A stretch of 64,000 nucleotides of DNA from an uncultured Actinomycetes bacterium. Lineage in GTDB: Bacteria > Actinomycetota > Acidimicrobiia > Spongiisociales > DATADW01. Below the pieces are notes generated by a model that had not been told where the DNA came from, made no database searches, and worked only from the letters and a program-made list of their open reading frames with translations. The position numbers and the translations under genes were made by a program. The stretch's first letter is position 1, and each line of letters starts with the position of its first letter. Location: NCBI GenBank assembly GCA_963824995.1, contig CAWGRK010000001.1, forward strand, positions 77,094-141,093. Direction: 5' to 3'. Positions 8,728 through 19,371 of the stretch are shown one piece after another.

Positions 8728-9648
8728 TCAGTCGGTGACCCGCACCACCCCGGTCATGAAGTCGTGGATCGTGCAGATGTAGTTGTAGGTACCGGGCGTT
8801 TCGAAGGTCACCGCGTAGGACTCGTCTGCTTCGAGGGTCCCCGAGTCCCAAGAGCTGCCTGTGGTGGTGTGGTCCGCGTCCCCGACATTGGTCCACCACA
8901 CCTGGGTCCCCTCGGGAACGGTGATGTCGTTCGGCGAGAACTGGAAGTCCTCGATCGATACGAAGGCGTCGTCGGGTGGCGGCGGGAGGGTGGTCGAGGT
9001 CGTCGTCGTCGCGATCGTGGTGGTGGGTGGTGGTGGGGTGGGTTCGAGGCCGAGGGCCCGACCGAGGAACGACGCCATCTGGTCGCGCCGCACCGACTCG
9101 TCGGGGCAGAACAGGGTCCCCGCCTGGTCACAACCCAACGTCACCCCCTCCTCGGCGATGGCGTTGATGTTCCCCTCGTGCACCCCGGAGACATCAGCGA
9201 AACGGTCGCCCGGCACCGGATCCAACTCCATCGCCCGGGCCAGGAACGAAGCCATCTGCGCCCGCGACACCAGAAGGGTCGGACCGAACGTCCCATCATC
9301 GAACCCGAGCGTGATCCCCGCCGCCGCCACCCGGTTGATGTTGTCCTCGTGGGTGTTGCCCTCATCGTCGGGGAAGAAGTCCTCCCCCGCCGCCGGCAGC
9401 TCGAACCCACGGGCGATGAACGAAGCCATCTGATCGCGCCGCACCGGCTCGGCCGGGCAGTACAACGTCCCCTCCGGGTTGCACCCAAGCGTTATCCCCG
9501 CGGCGGCGATCGCTTCGATGAACCCCTCATGCTCGTTCCCGTCATCATCGGTGAACGTCCCCCCCGGCGGGAGCTGAGCCACCGCCGCCGTCCCCCCAAC
9601 CACCAACCCCACCACAACCGACACCGCCAACCACCGACGCCACATCAC
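8728..9648 (-). CDS. Secreted 3xSLH protein with C-terminal type-1 copper cupredoxin (copy 1)
   Basis: Signal peptide; RDQMASFIAR/RAQMASFLAR SLH motifs; Pro/Thr linker; DHTTT...YICTIHDFM. Confidence 0.88.
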   Translation of the reverse strand: MMWRRWLAVSVVVGLVVGGTAAVAQLPPGGTFTDDDGNEHEGFIEAIAAAGITLGCNPEGTLYCPAEPVRRDQMASFIARGFELPAAGEDFFPDDEGNTHEDNINRVAAAGITLGFDDGTFGPTLLVSRAQMASFLARAMELDPVPGDRFADVSGVHEGNINAIAEEGVTLGCDQAGTLFCPDESVRRDQMASFLGRALGLEPTPPPPTTTIATTTTSTTLPPPPDDAFVSIEDFQFSPNDITVPEGTQVWWTNVGDADHTTTGSSWDSGTLEADESYAVTFETPGTYNYICTIHDFMTGVVRVTD

Positions 9649-10670
9649 AAACCCCTCAGGGCTCGACGATGATCGTTCCGACCATCAGGTCGTCGTGGAC
9701 CGTGCAGAAGTAGTCGAAGCTCCCCGCCGTGTTGAAGACCCGCGAGAAGTCCTCACCGGCGTTGAGGATCCCTGAGTTCCATGTGCCGTCGCCGGTCGGA
9801 GGGGTTCCCGACGTGCTCGAGTGGTTCACGTTGTCGTTGTTTTCCCAGACGACCTCGGTGCCCACCGACACGGTCGTGTCGCCGAAGTCGGCGATCGCAG
9901 AGATCGAGATCACGACCTCGTCGTCGGCCATCGTGGTGCTCGTGCTGCTCGAGGACGTGCTGCTCGACGAGCTGCTCGATGAGCTACTCGACGAAGAGCT
10001 GGAGGAACTGGTGCTCGACGAGCTCGTGCTCGAGGTCCCCGGTGGTGGCGGCGTCGGTTCGAGGCCAAGGGCCCGACCGAGGAACGACGCCATCTGGTCG
10101 CGCCGCACCGACTCGTCGGGGCAGAACAGGGTCCCCGCCTGGTCACAACCCAACGTCACCCCCTCCTCGGCGATGGCGTTGATGTTCCCCTCGTGCACCC
10201 CGGAGACATCAGCGAAACGGTCGCCCGGCACCGGATCCAACTCCATCGCCCGGGCCAGGAACGAAGCCATCTGCGCCCGCGACACCAGAAGCGTCGGACC
10301 GAACGTCCCATCATCGAACCCGAGCGTGATCCCCGCCGCCGCCACCCGGTTGATGTTGTCCTCGTGGGTGTTGCCCTCATCGTCGGGGAAGAAGTCCTCC
10401 CCCGCCGCCGGCAGCTCGAACCCACGGGCGATGAACGAAGCCATCTGATCGCGCCGCACCGGCTCGGCCGGGCAGTACAACGTCCCCTCCGGGTTGCACC
10501 CAAGCGTTATCCCCGCGGCGGCGATCGCCTCGATGAACCCCTCATGCTCGTTCCCGTCATCATCGGTGAACGTCCCCCCCGGCGGGAGCTGAGCCACCGC
10601 CGCCGTCCCCCCAACCACCAACCCCACCACAACCGACACCGCCAACCACCGACGCCACATCACAAACCCC
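9041..10670. repeat. 615-bp direct repeat (9041-9655 and 10056-10670) encoding the signal peptide and SLH domains
   Basis: Near-identical by eye; three synonymous differences seen. Confidence 0.92.
9656..10663 (-). CDS. Secreted 3xSLH protein with C-terminal type-1 copper cupredoxin (copy 2)
   Basis: Same N-terminus; poly-Ser/Thr linker; NHSSTS...YFCTVHDDLM. Confidence 0.88.
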   Translation of the reverse strand: MMWRRWLAVSVVVGLVVGGTAAVAQLPPGGTFTDDDGNEHEGFIEAIAAAGITLGCNPEGTLYCPAEPVRRDQMASFIARGFELPAAGEDFFPDDEGNTHEDNINRVAAAGITLGFDDGTFGPTLLVSRAQMASFLARAMELDPVPGDRFADVSGVHEGNINAIAEEGVTLGCDQAGTLFCPDESVRRDQMASFLGRALGLEPTPPPPGTSSTSSSSTSSSSSSSSSSSSSSSSSTSSSSTSTTMADDEVVISISAIADFGDTTVSVGTEVVWENNDNVNHSSTSGTPPTGDGTWNSGILNAGEDFSRVFNTAGSFDYFCTVHDDLMVGTIIVEP

Positions 10671-10735
10671 CCCGTTTATCGGGCATCTATGAATACGAAC
10701 CGGCCAGCCGCTTGGTTCGAGCAACCGGGGGAAAT

Positions 10736-11107
10736 TCAGCGCCCGGTGATGATCCAGGCGTGCCCAAAGGGATCGATCAGCCGCCCGCTCCGCCCGTAGT
10801 CGCGATCCTCCACCGGGAACACCACGGTGGCGCCGCCGGCAAGCATCCGCTCCGCCAGGGCGTCGACGTCGTCGATCTCGAGGTCGAGAATGGCGGCACC
10901 GCCTCCCGAGTGGGGTGAGCGGTCGACTTCGTCCTCATCTTTCAAGCTGAACCCTGCCGGCCCGACCTCGAGCTCGGCGTGGACCACCTTGCCGTCCGGT
11001 CCTTCGAAGCGGGCTACCTCCCGAGCAGCGAGGGCTTGGACATACCAATCGATCGCCCCGGCGGCGTCGGACACGACAAGTCGTGGCCGGATGCGGGTAT
11101 CACTCAT
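10736..11107 (-). CDS. VOC/glyoxalase (PhnB-like) protein
   Basis: PRLVVSDAAGAIDWY...VVHAEL...GRSGRLIDPFGHAW. Confidence 0.85.
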   Translation of the reverse strand: MSDTRIRPRLVVSDAAGAIDWYVQALAAREVARFEGPDGKVVHAELEVGPAGFSLKDEDEVDRSPHSGGGAAILDLEIDDVDALAERMLAGGATVVFPVEDRDYGRSGRLIDPFGHAWIITGR

Positions 11108-11181
11108 CGTTCGATCGTACCCGGCCTCCTTGGGGCGGCCGGGCGTAGGTTTTTCCCCGTTCGTCGGAAGGAGACCGGACC

Positions 11182-12454
11182 ATGTCAGGACCGAAGGGGC
11201 TGGAGAAGGCGATGACCTTCCCCCTGATCGAGGCGATCCACGGCCGGCGGGCGCGTCGCTTCTCCCTCGGCTCGGAGATCCCCGATGGTCCGCTGGCGTA
11301 CAAGTCGGCACATCCCCCACTCCCCCTGACCGACCTCGAGAAGATGCTCGTTCTCACCTCGGCGGCGGGCAACACCGGGTGGCACTACGCCATCACACGA
11401 AACGCCACCTACGCCCCGCATCTCGCCAACTACTCCGGTGCTGCCGGGGGACGCACCTTCCCCTCGGCGGCGGGGTTCCACACATCTGAGGTGTTCTTCA
11501 CCGACGACGAAGGCGTCTATCTATTCGAGACCCGCGACGCTCCCAAACTGGTCGAGCGGGAACCGGGCGACCCGGTCGACATCGAGCAGGTCATCGAGGC
11601 TCACCGATCGAGGATCCGCAAGCTTGCCGACGGTCGGCTCAACATCCCGCCCGAGGAGCCGTACATGGAGGGACACAACACCTGGTGTGTCAACCGCCCG
11701 GGCAGCCTGCTGTTGATACCGGTGGCCGACGTCGCCCAGACGATGATCGCCATCCTCTGCTTCATCACCCAGAACGGGTACTCGATGACCGACGACGTCA
11801 GCGGTGAGAGGGTCCCTGGGATGGAACAATTCCGAAGTCTGGTCGACATCGACGAGCCGTTCCCGCTCTCCTTCCTCGAGCAATACGCCCTCACCGAGGC
11901 CACCGCCGAGCTAACCACCTCGTGCTACGCCGGCATGCTCATGCTTCAGGCGATGGGCCTTGGGGGATGGATGTTCGATGGCATCGACCGGCACACGGTG
12001 CTCGGGGCCAGTGGTGACGCCGGCAGTGCCCGGTCTCGGCTTCCGCTATGACACCGACGAGCGCTGGGCGCTCCCCAACCCCACTGGGCGGGACGGGGTG
12101 TTCACCGCCTACTGCCCCCCGCATTACCCCGACATGGCTGCCGCCGTCGAGGCTTTCGCCCGGAGGAAGTTCGGTCCCGGCGGGCCCTTCGATCCCGGCA
12201 CGCCCGGCGCATGGAAGGAGAGTGCCCGGGTACGGAGCGCGGCCGAGGTCCACTCCGACGAGTTCAAGGCGTGCGTCGCCCTCCAGGCGCAGTACATCCT
12301 CGACCGCTATGGCAAGTTCCCGGGAACCGTCCCCAGCCTCTTCTGCCTCACCTATCTCCAGGCCCATCATCTCGACCTCGAGTTCTACGACGAGCACTTC
12401 GGTCCTGGCGCCTACCTACCGACCCAAGCGGATCACATGGCCGATTGGCATTAG
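11182..12454 (+). CDS. Uncharacterised protein, possible nitroreductase/FMN fold (indel near 12020)
   Basis: IHGRRARRF, GRTFPSAAG, LMLQAMGLGGW; ORFs 11182-12051 and 11960-12454 join. Confidence 0.6.
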
Positions 12455-12490
12455 TCAATTGGTAGCTTGACTATCAATCGTCAAGTTGAT
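12452..12490. promoter_or_regulatory. Tandem TCAA-N8-TTGA inverted repeats, likely ArsR operator
   Basis: TAGTCAA-N8-TTGACTA and ATCAA-N8-TTGAT upstream of the VOC-ArsR-SRPBCC operon. Confidence 0.65.
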
Positions 12491-12554
12491 TAATCTCGCC
12501 CCCAGGTACTCGACAACACGAATCTGAGTTGCGAGCGAGGGAAGTGAGCGAGCC

Positions 12555-12935
12555 ATGGCCCAGTTGATGCCGATGTTGGATTACGCCGATGCTCCCGCAG
12601 CGATCGACTTCCTGCGTGACGCGTTCGGTTTCGAGGAGACGTTTCGCATGGACGGTGAGGACGGCACCGTGGCCCACTGCGAGTTGGCGCTCGATGGAGC
12701 AACGATCGCCCTGTCGACGGTGTGGCGTGACGGCGGCTTTTCTACGCCCCACGAGTTGGGAGGAGTCCACAGCCAGGTTTGGTGTCAGGTGGACGACATC
12801 GACGATCACTGCGAGAAGGCACGAAAGGCAGGCGCAATCGTGCTCGGCGAACCGGTAGATCAAGACTATGGGTACCGCACCTACCGGGCGATCGACCCCG
12901 AGGGCCATCGCTGGTACTTCGCCTCCGAGACGTGA
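12555..12935 (+). CDS. VOC/glyoxalase family protein
   Basis: PMLDYADAPAAIDFLRDAFGF...DYGYRTYRAIDPEGHRWYF. Confidence 0.88.
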   Translation: MAQLMPMLDYADAPAAIDFLRDAFGFEETFRMDGEDGTVAHCELALDGATIALSTVWRDGGFSTPHELGGVHSQVWCQVDDIDDHCEKARKAGAIVLGEPVDQDYGYRTYRAIDPEGHRWYFASET

Positions 12936-13264
12936 GCTCTGCCATAGAAACCACCCTCGACGCCTTGTCCGACGCCACGAGACGTGAAGCCATGGAAGCG
13001 CTGGCGGGCGGCCCGCTGACACCGGGCGAAATGGCCTCCCGACTCGGGGTGAGCAAGGCGGCGCTCACTGGACACCTTCGATCGCTGCGCCGGGCCGGCC
13101 TGGTCGAGGTCGCCCTCGACCCTGCGGATGCCAGGCGCCACATCTACACCATCCGCCCCGAGCCACTCCGGCAGCTCAGCGAGTGGTCGGAACGGGTGAC
13201 CCGGTTCTGGGGCGATCAGCTTGCCTCGTTCGCCAGACACGCAGCTGAGGCGTCGGATGGCTGA
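12932..13264 (+). CDS. ArsR/SmtB-family regulator
   Basis: LDALSDATRREAMEAL...HLRSLRRAGLV...DARRHIY. Confidence 0.88.
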   Translation: MSSAIETTLDALSDATRREAMEALAGGPLTPGEMASRLGVSKAALTGHLRSLRRAGLVEVALDPADARRHIYTIRPEPLRQLSEWSERVTRFWGDQLASFARHAAEASDG

Positions 13265-13682
13265 TAGTGCGGTCACGGTCACCTGTCTGGTCCGACTGCC
13301 TGCTGAGCGCGCCTTCACCCTCTTCATCGAGCACATCGATCGGTGGTGGGTGCGGGACCGAGCTCACGATGCGATCATCCGCTTCGAGGCCGACCGGTTG
13401 GTGGAGGCGTCGAGAGACGGCGTTCAGGTCCTGGCCACGATCGCCTCAGTCGACGCACCCAACCGGATCGAGCTCGCCTGGCAGGGCCCGCATGCCCAAC
13501 CGGGCGACACCGTCGAGATCCTCTTCGAGCCGGAAGCCGAGGAGACCCGGGTGACGGTCCATCACCAGAGAACAGCGCTGACGCCAAGCGATGTAGCGGT
13601 TGCCGTGCTCGGTCTGTGGTGGGGTGACCTGTTGTCCCGACTGGTTGGAGGTGCGCCACCAATCGGGACTCAGGAAGGCTGA
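13257..13682 (+). CDS. SRPBCC/AHSA1-like domain protein
   Basis: AERAFTLFIEHIDRWW, PNRIELAW, VEILFEP...TRVTVHH; typical ArsR partner. Confidence 0.75.
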   Translation: MADSAVTVTCLVRLPAERAFTLFIEHIDRWWVRDRAHDAIIRFEADRLVEASRDGVQVLATIASVDAPNRIELAWQGPHAQPGDTVEILFEPEAEETRVTVHHQRTALTPSDVAVAVLGLWWGDLLSRLVGGAPPIGTQEG

Positions 13683-13736
13683 GGGCCGCCACGCCACCGC
13701 AGCACGGTGGCTCGGACGACCCTCGAGTGAACTCGA

Positions 13737-14996
13737 TCAGTTCTCGGTGATCTTGACCGTGATCCAGTTGGCGCCCTTGTCAAGCACCTTGATCGTGTGT
13801 CCGGCGATGTTGCGCACCTGTCCCTTGTGGAGCACATGCTTTGCCCCGTAGGGATTCGCCGGCTTCTGGACGTGGGATCGGAGGATCCCGAAGCAAGCGG
13901 AGAGGCCCCAAGAGTCGGCTTCGTCACAGTTGGGACGCTGGTCGACGATGTGCACCGCCGCCCCTGAGATCGAGTTGGGAATGGGATCGTACGTGGCGCG
14001 GAGCCGGGCGTCGATCGTGAGGTAGCGGCCCTTGGCCAAACGGATCACCGCCAGCTGGTTTCCGGCGTGATTGGGCTTGACCAGCTTGACCTTCCTCACT
14101 CCACCGTCGAACACGACCACGTCGCTCGCCGGTATCCACCCTGCGGCGTAGCGGTTGAAGCCAAGGGTGGCATAAGGGTCGGCTTCGGTCGTGCTCGGCT
14201 GCCCGTCGAACAGGGTGTTGTTGCCGCTCATCACATCGATCGGGTTGTCGTAAGCCCAATCGCTCGTTCCCGAGGAGGAGTGGGGAAAGTGGATGGCGTG
14301 ACCCATTTCGTGGGCACCGATCGAGGTGAGAGGCTCTCCCCACGGGGTGTTCGAGGCGAACGTCTCCGCGCCGAGAAGGGCGTAGCGACCGTTGCCCGGG
14401 AAAGTACTGGGCACGCCGCAGCTTCCCCCGTCAGTGCAGAAATAGCCGGGTCCAGCCAGCCCGGCGAAACCCTCGGCATTCGACAGTATGTCGTCGAGGA
14501 CCACCACTGCTCCGTTTCGGTTGCCGGCGCTGTTGTTGGCAACCTTGTTGAGGCAGGTGCCGATGTCGCCGTATGCTTCCCCGTCCATTGTCCCGGTGAC
14601 GGTGCCGCCCTCCACGAAGGCGATGTCGTACTTGCCCTCCGAAAGCCAGTCGAAATAGGGCCCGACGCGGGAGTTGAGCTTCTTCTTCAGGCCGTTGGCG
14701 CCGTATGTGTAGGCGGTTGGACCGGTGTTGCACAGCCACACCTCCCAGACATCGCGGCCCACGGAGTGACGCCGGATCTGTGATCCACCGGCGACGATGC
14801 CGAGCGGCTCCCACCCGTACTGTGCCGCCTCGGTGGGTCCACCGGCGGAGGAGTTGTCCCGGTTCTCGACCAGGTCGATGACTACGTCGCTCTCGCCGCT
14901 CCACAGGTCGCCGGGCGTCTCCTCGGCCAGAGCGGCGGTCGGCACCAGCAGCACCGCCACCATTACCGCGCCAAACAGACGCAGGAATTTCGACAT
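13737..14996 (-). CDS. Secreted zinc metallopeptidase (M6/M11-like metzincin)
   Basis: Signal peptide; AHEMGHAIHFPH and YDNPIDVMSG Met-turn. Confidence 0.75.
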   Translation of the reverse strand: MSKFLRLFGAVMVAVLLVPTAALAEETPGDLWSGESDVVIDLVENRDNSSAGGPTEAAQYGWEPLGIVAGGSQIRRHSVGRDVWEVWLCNTGPTAYTYGANGLKKKLNSRVGPYFDWLSEGKYDIAFVEGGTVTGTMDGEAYGDIGTCLNKVANNSAGNRNGAVVVLDDILSNAEGFAGLAGPGYFCTDGGSCGVPSTFPGNGRYALLGAETFASNTPWGEPLTSIGAHEMGHAIHFPHSSSGTSDWAYDNPIDVMSGNNTLFDGQPSTTEADPYATLGFNRYAAGWIPASDVVVFDGGVRKVKLVKPNHAGNQLAVIRLAKGRYLTIDARLRATYDPIPNSISGAAVHIVDQRPNCDEADSWGLSACFGILRSHVQKPANPYGAKHVLHKGQVRNIAGHTIKVLDKGANWITVKITEN

Positions 14997-15157
14997 CTCG
15001 ATTCCTTCCCTCGCACAAAGCGGATAGAACTTGAGAGCGCGGCTCGTCAGCCTGGACAGACGTGGCCGCGCTAGCCCCCCCGACGAGGGATCATCGACTC
15101 TTGACAAGTACCCTCACGATGGGCCGGTAGACCCATTTGTCCCTGGAGGGCGGGTCC

Positions 15158-15772
15158 CTACTCCTCGATCTCGGGTAGGTGTGCCTTGGCTTCCTCGTAA
15201 CCGCCCTCAGGGGGCGATTCGTCAGGCGCGTAGACAAGGTTGAGTACGCCGGTCCCAAAGGTCTCGGACGAGATCAGCTTCAGAGGGGTCGGTGCCTCGC
15301 CCTCCTCGAAGAGTCTCATGCCCTTGCGAACCGCGATGGGGTGAACCAGCAGATGCAGTTCGTCGAGGAGACCGGCGGCGAGCAGTTGGCGGACCACCGA
15401 GACCGAGCCGCTCATGGTGATGTCGCCACCCGGTTCGTTCTTGAGGGCAGTGACGAACTCGACGAGGTCGCCTTCGAGCTGCTCCGAGTTACGCCACGCG
15501 AAGTCGAGTTTCTGGTTCGATGCCACGATCTTGCGGATGTCTCCGAGCACCTTGGCGAAATGGGCGTCCTCCCCGCCGGCCGCCTCCCGCTCGGGCCACG
15601 CCCCAGCGAAGCTGTCGTATGTCTTGCGCCCGAACAACATCGTGTCGCCTTTGCCGAGCGTGGCATCCACCGCTTTACCCATCTCGTCGTTGTAGTACGG
15701 GAAATGCCACTGATCAGGTGCCTCCACCACCCCGTCGAGCGAGATGAAGAGCCCGGCTTTGATCTTCCTCAT
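15158..15772 (-). CDS. Dihydrofolate reductase-like (RibD C-terminal) protein
   Basis: FISLDGVVEAP, LFGRKTY, GSVSVVRQLLAAGLLDELHL. Confidence 0.9.
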   Translation of the reverse strand: MRKIKAGLFISLDGVVEAPDQWHFPYYNDEMGKAVDATLGKGDTMLFGRKTYDSFAGAWPEREAAGGEDAHFAKVLGDIRKIVASNQKLDFAWRNSEQLEGDLVEFVTALKNEPGGDITMSGSVSVVRQLLAAGLLDELHLLVHPIAVRKGMRLFEEGEAPTPLKLISSETFGTGVLNLVYAPDESPPEGGYEEAKAHLPEIEE

Positions 15773-15859
15773 GATTCCACCTCCGGTGTGTTGTCATCCA
15801 GCATCCCATCAGACGGACGCCAAGGACCAAAGTCATCGGCCCCGCCTTCGAGGCTGGAT

Positions 15860-17900
15860 TCAGGGACCGGAGGTGACCACCGTGAAACCGCCGGGGAGGA
15901 CCGGCGCCACCACCACTCCGCTGCGGCCGCGCACGGTACGCACCAGGACACCGAGGTCGTTATAGGCGCGTGCCTCGGGTTGGCCACCGTCCCCCATTTC
16001 GACTCGCTGGTGGCGTAGTCGGTCGCTGAAGCTGCGAAGCACTCCCTGGTGCCCGCCATCCCCACCAAGAATCAGCCACTCGATCTCAGGCTGGAGGAGC
16101 ACCGCGTCCAAGCGCGCCTCGCGAACCCTTCCTGAAAAGGCAGTTGCGGTAAGCACGCCTGACCCTTCCTCCACGATCGTCCTGGCGCGCGACTGCCCGA
16201 CTCCGAGGTACCCCGGGGTAGGTGTGATCCCTCGAGGACCGGCACCGCCCTGCGGCTGGCGCCCGGCGGCGACCCCATCCAACTCATAAGCAATTTCCAC
16301 AGCACGCAACGGAATCTGCTGGCGCTCGGAGACGCCAAAGACCCAATAGCGATCGCGGGTCTCGAGGTCTACCGCCACGTCCACCGACCCGCCGGAGGCG
16401 AGCGAGACGTAGGCGCCGCCCGACCACAGGCTCTCTCCGGTCCAGGCGGATGGAGGCGTGACCACCTCGGCGGCGCCGGTGAGTTCACCGGACTCGGCCT
16501 CGACCATTTCCCAGGTGACTTGGTCGGTTCGCCCGGCGATCATAGCCCGGGCGGCGATATCGGGATGTTCGTCCAGAAGCAGCATGGATAGCAGACCATG
16601 GATGGTGGATTCGGCGCCCGAGTTGCGGTTGATCACACCGTCGGGGTTGATGCCGTCGTAGGTGCGGCCGGTCTCGGGGTCGTACATCGGCTCGCCCGCC
16701 GGGTTGTTGCCGAAGTACCAGGCGGCGGCGATCCCCGCCAGGTCGAGGAAGCCGCTTCGTCCGCTCGCCTCGCCGGTGCGAACCAGGTTTTGCAGCGTGG
16801 CATCGGCGCCGTAGGCGATCTGGGTGCGGTCGGCCGGCGCCGGCAACCAGCCGTTCTGCGGACCGTCCTGGATCAGAAGGTGGGGCGTGAAGCTGCCCAC
16901 TTCCCGCAGCGCAACATCGACCCACCTGGATTCCTCGAGGGTGGCGCCGGCGGTGGCCAACGCTCCTGACATCTGATCTCCCCAGGCGTGCCACACCGAT
17001 CGCGACTGGGCCCAGGGCATGATCGCCCGATACGGCCATCGCCCCACTGAGCCGAGTTGCATCAGGGCAACCCCGTTCCCGAGTCGCTGCAAGGCGAGAA
17101 GTCCGGCGGGACTGCCACCGGCTTGCTGATAGGCCGAGAGGCCGTAGATCGCCTCCGAGGAGGCGTCGGCACCGTCGACGATCAGCCATGAGGGCCACTG
17201 CAACCCGTCGACCGTCTGGAACTCGCCGTAATTCGGGGTGAGGACCTGGCGGTCCACGGCGTCGATGGCAAGCTCGAGCCGGGCTCGCAGGAAGCTGGCA
17301 AACTCCGGGTCTTCGTCCCGGAAGGCCTGGTAGCCCTCGCCCAGTGCCCAGATGGTGCGCGCCAGCCAGTACGAAGCTCCCGAGTCGGAGGGGTCGGGAA
17401 GCTCAGGAGGGTCGGCGCTCGGGTTCAGCGTGCCGTCGGGCTGCATCCAGAGCACCACGTTGCCCTGATTCTCACCGCTCACCGTCTGCAAGATAGGTGA
17501 GCCCGCGGAGCAATTGGTATGCCTGGTCACGGCTGTGGTCGTCGCCGAACTGCGTCCAATGCCGCAGGTACACCACAGCGGCGCGCGAGATGTCGTCGGC
17601 GTTGTAGGCGCCCTGGCCGTAGGTGTCGGTCTCGGGATCGTAGACCCCGCCGCCGAGACGTCGGTACTCACCATCGGGACCCGGCTCGGCGTATGTCCAG
17701 AGCACACCGATCGACGGATCGGTGTCCAACTGATAGGTGGTGTGACCCTCCTGCTCCGGGGGTACAACGCTGTCGCCGAGGAAGTCGATGTGATCGAGAT
17801 TGGTGAGTGGGTCAGACTGTGCCAGAGCGGTGGCCGGCGACAGCGCCGCCACCAGGAGGAAGCCGAGGACTATGGCAACGGCTCGACGAGTACGGTACAT
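15860..17900 (-). CDS. Secreted uncharacterised protein, probable (alpha/alpha)6 glycosidase-like domain plus beta-sandwich (indel near 17490)
   Basis: Signal peptide; GAYNADDISRA, SYWLARTIWALG, GRTYDGI...NRNSGAESTI; divergent from a sugar ABC operon. Confidence 0.65.
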
Positions 17901-18038
17901 GGGAACCCCTTTTTCCTCGGCGACTCGACCGGTTGACCGACCATAACGAGGGATCAGAGTTCTGCATCGAGGACACCCGTCAGCGCAAGTTCCAGTGACA
18001 CAAAGCCCGACAGCGGGCCCAACAGAAGGGGAAAGGCC

Positions 18039-19371
18039 ATGACCCGAGCCCGCACGATCGCGTTGATCGTCACCGTCTTGATGGTCCTCGTCGCCTGCGG
18101 TGACGGCGGAGGGACACCGCCACTACCGACGGGCGGCAGGCGGGAGTGGCGACACCGCCACTACCGCGGCGGCAGGAGGGGAGGGTGGTCAGCCACCGGC
18201 CCCATCACCATCTGGTATTCGAACAACCCCCAGGAGATCGAGTGGGCAACGGCCCAGATCGAAGCCTGGAACGCCGAGCACCCCGAGGAAGAGGTCACCG
18301 CCCAGGAGATCCCTGCGGGTGAGACTTCGGAGGCGGTGATCGCCGCCTCGATCACCGCCGGCAACACCCCGTGCCTGATCTACAACACCGCCCCGGCCGC
18401 AGTGCCCGCCTTCCAGCAACAGCAGGGTCTGGTGGCACTGGACGAGTTCGAAGACGGGGCGTCGTTCATCGAGGAACGCGGTGGCGAGGCCGCTGCCCAG
18501 TATCAGTCGCCCGACGGCATGTACTACCAGATGCCGTGGAAGACCAACCCGGTGATGATCCTCTTCAACAAGGCGCTGTTCGAGGAGGCGGGGCTCGACT
18601 CGGAGAACCCGCCGCTCGGCACGTACGAGGAATTCGCCTCCACCGCCGCTACCCTCGTCGATTCCGGTGCCGCCGAGGCCGCCATCTACCCGTCGCCGAC
18701 CTCGCAGTTCTTCCAGTCGTGGTTCGACTTCTACCCATGGTTCGCTGCCGAGACCGGTCAGCCGCTGGTGGTAGACGGAGAAGCACAGTTCAACACCGAC
18801 GAGGGCAAGGCGATCGCCGAGGTGTGGCGACAGCTCTATGAAGATGGTCTCGTCCCACAGGAGGAGAGCCAGGTCGACGCCTTTGCCGAAGGGGTGTCTG
18901 CGATGAACTCCGCCGGCCCGTGGGCGGTGGCGGTGTACACCGACGTGGATTGGGGGGTGGTCCCGCCGCCGACGTCGGGGGGGACTGCCGCCGAAGATCT
19001 GTCCACCTTCGCCGATGGAAAGTCGGTCGGGCTCTACGTCAGCTGTGAGAACCGGGGCACCGCCTGGGAATTCCTCAAGTTCACCATGAGCGAGGAAGCC
19101 GACAGCCAACTGCTCGAGATCACCGGGCAGATGCCTTTCCGGCCCGGCATCACCGACCTCTATGCCGACTTCTTCGAGGAGAACCCCGGATTCCTACCCT
19201 TCGCCGAACAGGTGGAGCGTGTGGTCGAGGTCCCCTCGGTTCCGAACTCGGTCGAGGTATGGCAGACGTTCCGCGACGCCTGGTCGTCATCGGTGATATT
19301 CGGTGAGGAAGAGATCGACACCGCCTTCCAGCAGGCAGCCGACAGCGATCACCCAACTAGCGAGCGAATGA
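18039..19371 (+). CDS. Sugar ABC transporter solute-binding lipoprotein (indels near 18130-18190 and 19345)
   Basis: Lipobox LVAC; YQMPWKTNPVMILFNKALFEEAGLD; AWEFLKF; true stop is TGA in the ATGA at 19368-19371. Confidence 0.88.

Noticed and set aside
9925..10035. Low-complexity CTCGA-rich tract as a DNA repeat
   Set aside because: It is codon-periodic (TCG/AGC) and encodes the poly-Ser/Thr linker.
9041..10670. Long direct repeat as IS ends, CRISPR or a pure assembly duplication
   Set aside because: It is in-frame SLH coding sequence with synonymous differences and distinct C-termini; no transposase, spacers or cas genes are present.
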